From the NCBI RefSeq assembly GCF_006345805.1, contig NW_021826994.1, positions 1 to 12,095 on the forward strand: a stretch of DNA of 12,095 nt, read 5' to 3'. Origin of the DNA: Octopus sinensis (taxonomy: Eukaryota). Position 1 is the first letter of the stretch, and each line of letters begins with the position of its first letter. Of the stretch, positions 8,449 to 12,095 are shown in pieces. The translations under genes were made by a program, and so were the position numbers. The notes below the pieces were generated by a model that saw only the letters and a program-made list of their open reading frames with translations, ran no database searches and had not been told where the DNA came from.

Positions 8449-8768
8449 TAAAGCATCCAAAGGTGTATCTTTTCCCCACTGATGATATTTTGCTTGTGTC
8501 GCATAAATGCAAATTTAATCTTATTGAGTATTAATTGAAACGGCTGTAAGTGAAGATCACCAATTTGCTGTTAATAATAAACAATTATTGACTTCCCAAT
8601 CACCGTTTTCTTGATTTAAACGAATAGAAGTTATATGTTTTTATATATACCCTTTATGTTAGGGAAATTCATTCCCCCAAAATACTAAGAATTGAACCAG
8701 TATTTCCTTGGATGTAACTATCCCTTGATGAGGTTAACACTACCTCTAATTGGATTTAAATATACACA

Positions 8769-9133
<365 letters not shown>

Positions 9134-10432
9134 GCGCATCACGTCGCAGTCTCAGCGCGTGATGCGCAGACACGCGCTGAGACTGCGACATCTCTGGCTC
9201 TATGTAGATGACGGTGAACAGGTGTGGTCGCCGTTTGTGAGGCACGCTTTCCCGCAGCTCGTCTCCATGACCGAACTGCAGTCGTGGATCAAAAAGAGGC
9301 CGAGGAAGGGCGAATGGCACCGCGAGTGTCGCGTTGCTCTCAAGCAACTCTGCCGTCCTGGGTCGACCTTAAGTGACTTCAACACAACCAAAGCATTCTA
9401 TAGGGGTTTAGTGGAGGGGAGGTACGACGACGAGCTCGGGGCGAACCTGGACGTCGACGAGGAGTACCTGACCCGCCTGTTCAGGACGACTTTCGGGCCA
9501 GGGCCCATGGACAACTTCCAGAGATCCCTGGCCTGGCAGTGCTACCGAGAAGCGCTACCCGTTCGGGATAAGCTCTACAGACACGGCTCGAGAAACACGG
9601 GGCCGACCTGCCCGAGATGCGGTCAGAGCGACGAAACCGTTCTGCACGCACTCGTTCAGTGTCCAACAATTTCCGACCTGTGGGCTTATGTCGAACAACT
9701 GCTGTCACGTGTGGGACGAGTCGGTTTATCAGCTGAGTCTATCGTCAATATTGTCACACCTCCTTCCTTCAAACGGGAAGGAAGAGCTATTTTCATCATC
9801 CTTGTGGCTATGGCGAAAGAATGTATCTGGTGGACGCGTCTGAAAGGATTGGAGACAAACACTTTCCTCTCTGGTCAATCTCTCATCAACTTCTTCAAGT
9901 ACCACTTGAAAAGGAAAGTGAGAGTAGAGAGGCAAGTTTTGTCTAGCGAATGTTTTAAAAAAAGATGGGTGAATGTAGCAAGAATGGCACGTATGAATGA
10001 CGACGCCACCTTGAGCATAGTCCTATGAACCCAGAAATCGAAAACAGAGAGTTGCTTATTTGCAAAAAAAAAAAAAAAAAAAAAAGAAATATAAAATGTG
10101 ACTTCATTGACCGAGGTTACCGTGGTCTTTTCCGTAGGCTTTTCTTTCCACGGGTAAACCTCACCTGTCCTCCCCTTTACACTTCATATTGACATGTCTG
10201 TGATAACGATCCCTATTGATCAATTTTTATTTTTTATTTTTTTTTTTTCCCTCTCCCCCTTTTTTTTAACCCCCCTTTTTTTGTCCTCTTTCTCTCCTTT
10301 TACGATCCCTTTTGATCGAAACTCCCCCTTCCTTTTTTTTTTTTATTTTTTTTTTAAACCTTCAAAAGAAAAGCTCTACCTTGTAATTTGTTCTATCTGT
10401 GTGCAGCCCTGTGTGGCTAATAAAGAAACATA
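9134..10432 (+). mobile_element. 5'-truncated Tx1/L1-clade non-LTR retrotransposon with 3' UTR
   Basis: ORF2 C-terminus to the stop at 10028, then a ~400-bp 3' UTR ending AATAAAGAAACATA (AATAAA at 10419-10424). (TCTA)n lies on both sides. Confidence 0.88.
9159..10028 (+). pseudogene. Tx1/L1-type ORF2 C-terminal fragment with zf-RVT CCHC zinc knuckle (289 aa, uninterrupted, no true start)
   Basis: W..YREALPVRDKL ... CPRCGQSDETVLHALVQCP...W ... KECIWWTR ... ER...F..RW, the typical L1/Tx1 post-RT region. The RT and EN domains are absent because of 5' truncation. Confidence 0.88.
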
Positions 10433-10436
10433 TCTT

Positions 10437-10470
<34 letters not shown>

Positions 10471-10495
10471 ATTATATGTGTGTGTGTGTGTGTTT
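10433..10495. repeat. (TCTA)n followed by (TG)n
   Basis: Seen directly. Confidence 0.9.
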
Positions 10496-10614
10496 GAAAA
10501 AACATGTGCACATGGCGCACTCATACACGTCGATACACACATGCATGCACATGTACGCACACACACACACACATGGGTACTTATTTATATGTACATATGT
10601 ATATAGGCATGCTT

Positions 10615-10898
10615 GCACGTACATGTGCACATGCATATTCGCATGTGCACGTACATGTGCACATGCATATTCGCATGTGCACGTACATGTGCACATGCAT
10701 ATTCACATGTGCACGTACATGTGCACATGCATATTCGTATGTGCACGTACATGTGCACATGCACATTCGCATGTGCACGTACATGTGCACATGCATATTC
10801 ACATGTGCACGTACATGTGCACATGCATATTCGTATGTGCACGTACATGTGCACATGCATATTCGCATGTGCACGTACATGTGCACATGCATGTTCGC
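10615..10898. repeat. 32-bp minisatellite, ~9 copies (GCACGTACATGTGCACATGCATATTCGCATGT)
   Basis: Units start at 10615, 10647, 10679 ... 10871. Confidence 0.97.
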
Positions 10899-11101
10899 GC
10901 GCGCTCATGCATGTGATTATATGCGTATAAAAATCGTGGTTGATTCGTAATTGGCGGTCCTGCTCATGGGTGTGGTTGGTTGGTGACCGTAACGATGCAA
11001 GCGGTGCAGAGTAGCACCTGATACTAAAGTGGTATATCGGGGTTGTCGGTAGTCAGGGGTTTGAAAGTTATCAATAGGGCATACCTCAGTAGAAAGGCGA
11101 G

Positions 11102-11305
11102 TGCGGCCATGCTGGAGCACCGCCCTAAACTGTGTTAGTCGAAGAAATCGACCGCAGGACTTAGTCTTTGTAAGCCTAGTACTTATTCAAGGTTTGGTCG
11201 GCTTGAGGCTGTTGTAGAAGACACTTGCCCAATGTGCCACGTAGTGGAAGTGAACCCGGAACCATATGGTTGGAAAGCAAGCTATTTACTACACATCTAC
11301 CCCTG
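11102..11305 (-). mobile_element. CORE-type tRNA SINE with central deletion
   Basis: Head and tail align to 11395-11797, but the segment equivalent to ~11510-11675 is missing (junction TACTTATTC|AAGG at 11188/11189). Confidence 0.85.
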
Positions 11306-11309
11306 ATAT

Positions 11310-11394
11310 ATATATATTTATATGTATATGTATGTATATATATTTGTATGTATATGTATATATATTTATATGTATGTATGTATGTATATATGTA
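11310..11394. repeat. (TA)n/(TATG)n microsatellite
   Basis: Seen directly. Confidence 0.9.
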
Positions 11395-11797
11395 TACTCT
11401 TTACTCTTTTACTTGTTTCAGTCATTTGACTGCGGCCATGCTGGAGCACCGCCTTAGTCGAGCAACTCGACCCCGGGACTTATTCTTTTTGTAAGCCCAG
11501 TACTTATTCTTCGGTCCCTTTTTGCCGAATCGCTAAGTGACGGGGACGTAAACACACCACATCGGTTTGTCAAGCAATGCTAGGGGAACAAACACCAGAC
11601 ACACAAACACCCAACATATATATATACATATATACGACAGGCTTCTTTCAGTTTCCGTCTACCAAATCCACTCACAAGGTATTGGTCGGCCCGGGGCTAT
11701 AGCAGAAGACACTTGCCCAAGATGCCACGCAGTGGGACTGAACCCGGAACCATGTGGTTGGTTAGCAAGCTACTTACCACACAGCCACTCCTGCGCC
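11395..11797 (-). mobile_element. Full-length tRNA-derived CORE-type SINE (Octopus OR-like by recall)
   Basis: Minus strand GGCGCAGGAGTGGCTGTGTGGTAAG (box A), GGGTTCAGTCCC (box B, 11734-11745), CORE-like CTTGGGCAAGTGTCTTC (11705-11721), an internal (AT)/(GT) tract and an AAAGAGT-repeat tail. Confidence 0.92.
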
Positions 11798-11853
11798 CTT
11801 TATATATGTATACATATATAAAGTTGGTATCCTATTCGTAAGTGCATTTGAGG

Positions 11854-11904
<51 letters not shown>

Positions 11905-11911
11905 CTATCTA
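11854..11911. repeat. (TCTA)n microsatellite
   Basis: Seen directly. Confidence 0.93.
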
Positions 11912-12095
11912 TTTATGTATACTTATTTATATATTTGAATAAATCGCTGCAAAATTTGGAACAGCTTAAACTTAATTAACGCCAGAAATATCTCAAGGAG
12001 TGTCATCTTCTTATGTATTCAACTTTCTCCCCGAAAATGAAAAGAAAAAAACAAAATTGATTATAATCACGACCAACACCACAGACTCCTCCTCC

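Noticed and set aside
10064-10085. Poly(A) as the 3' end of the LINE
   Set aside because: Unique structured sequence continues to AATAAA at 10419 and the (TCTA)n flank resumes only at 10433, so the A-run is probably internal.
10615-10898. CRISPR-like array (32-bp repeats)
   Set aside because: The units are contiguous with no unique spacers, there are no cas genes, and the context is eukaryotic.
10194-10950. His/Cys-rich ORFs on both strands resembling metal-binding proteins
   Set aside because: They are translations of the 32-bp RY minisatellite and TG/CA tracts, open in several frames at once.
10935-11100. GC-richer unique segment and the 67-aa minus-strand ORF 10917-11120
   Set aside because: No recognisable motif in any frame, and the ORF start lies inside a SINE tail.

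Overview
This is a repeat-dense, gene-free eukaryotic (animal) window. The SINE families look like the Octopus tRNA-derived SINEs as I recall them, so a cephalopod origin is likely but inferred. No host protein-coding exon is supported, and nearly all ORFs in the track are microsatellite read-throughs. Recognisable content: many micro/minisatellites; three tRNA-derived SINE types (including a head-to-tail multimer); fragments of CR1, RTE and Tx1/L1-clade LINEs; a near-identical ~665-bp tandem duplication carrying a ~172-bp foldback element; and a 5'-truncated Tx1-like LINE with an intact 289-aa ORF end, inserted in a (TCTA)n tract. Two candidate ribozyme-bearing non-autonomous elements are the most unusual observations. 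(1) A ~770-bp unit has ~180-bp direct repeats (557-735, 1326-1505). Each repeat holds all three hammerhead core segments (AUC, GAAA, CUGAUGA) with stems I and III in exact register (stem I intact only in copy 2), but in a permuted, pseudoknotted order not matching types I/II/III. (2) A ~295-bp minus-strand segment (2221-2515) starts with an HDV-like pseudoknotted fold and ends in (GAA)3. Both are structure inferences made by eye and need computational and biochemical testing.
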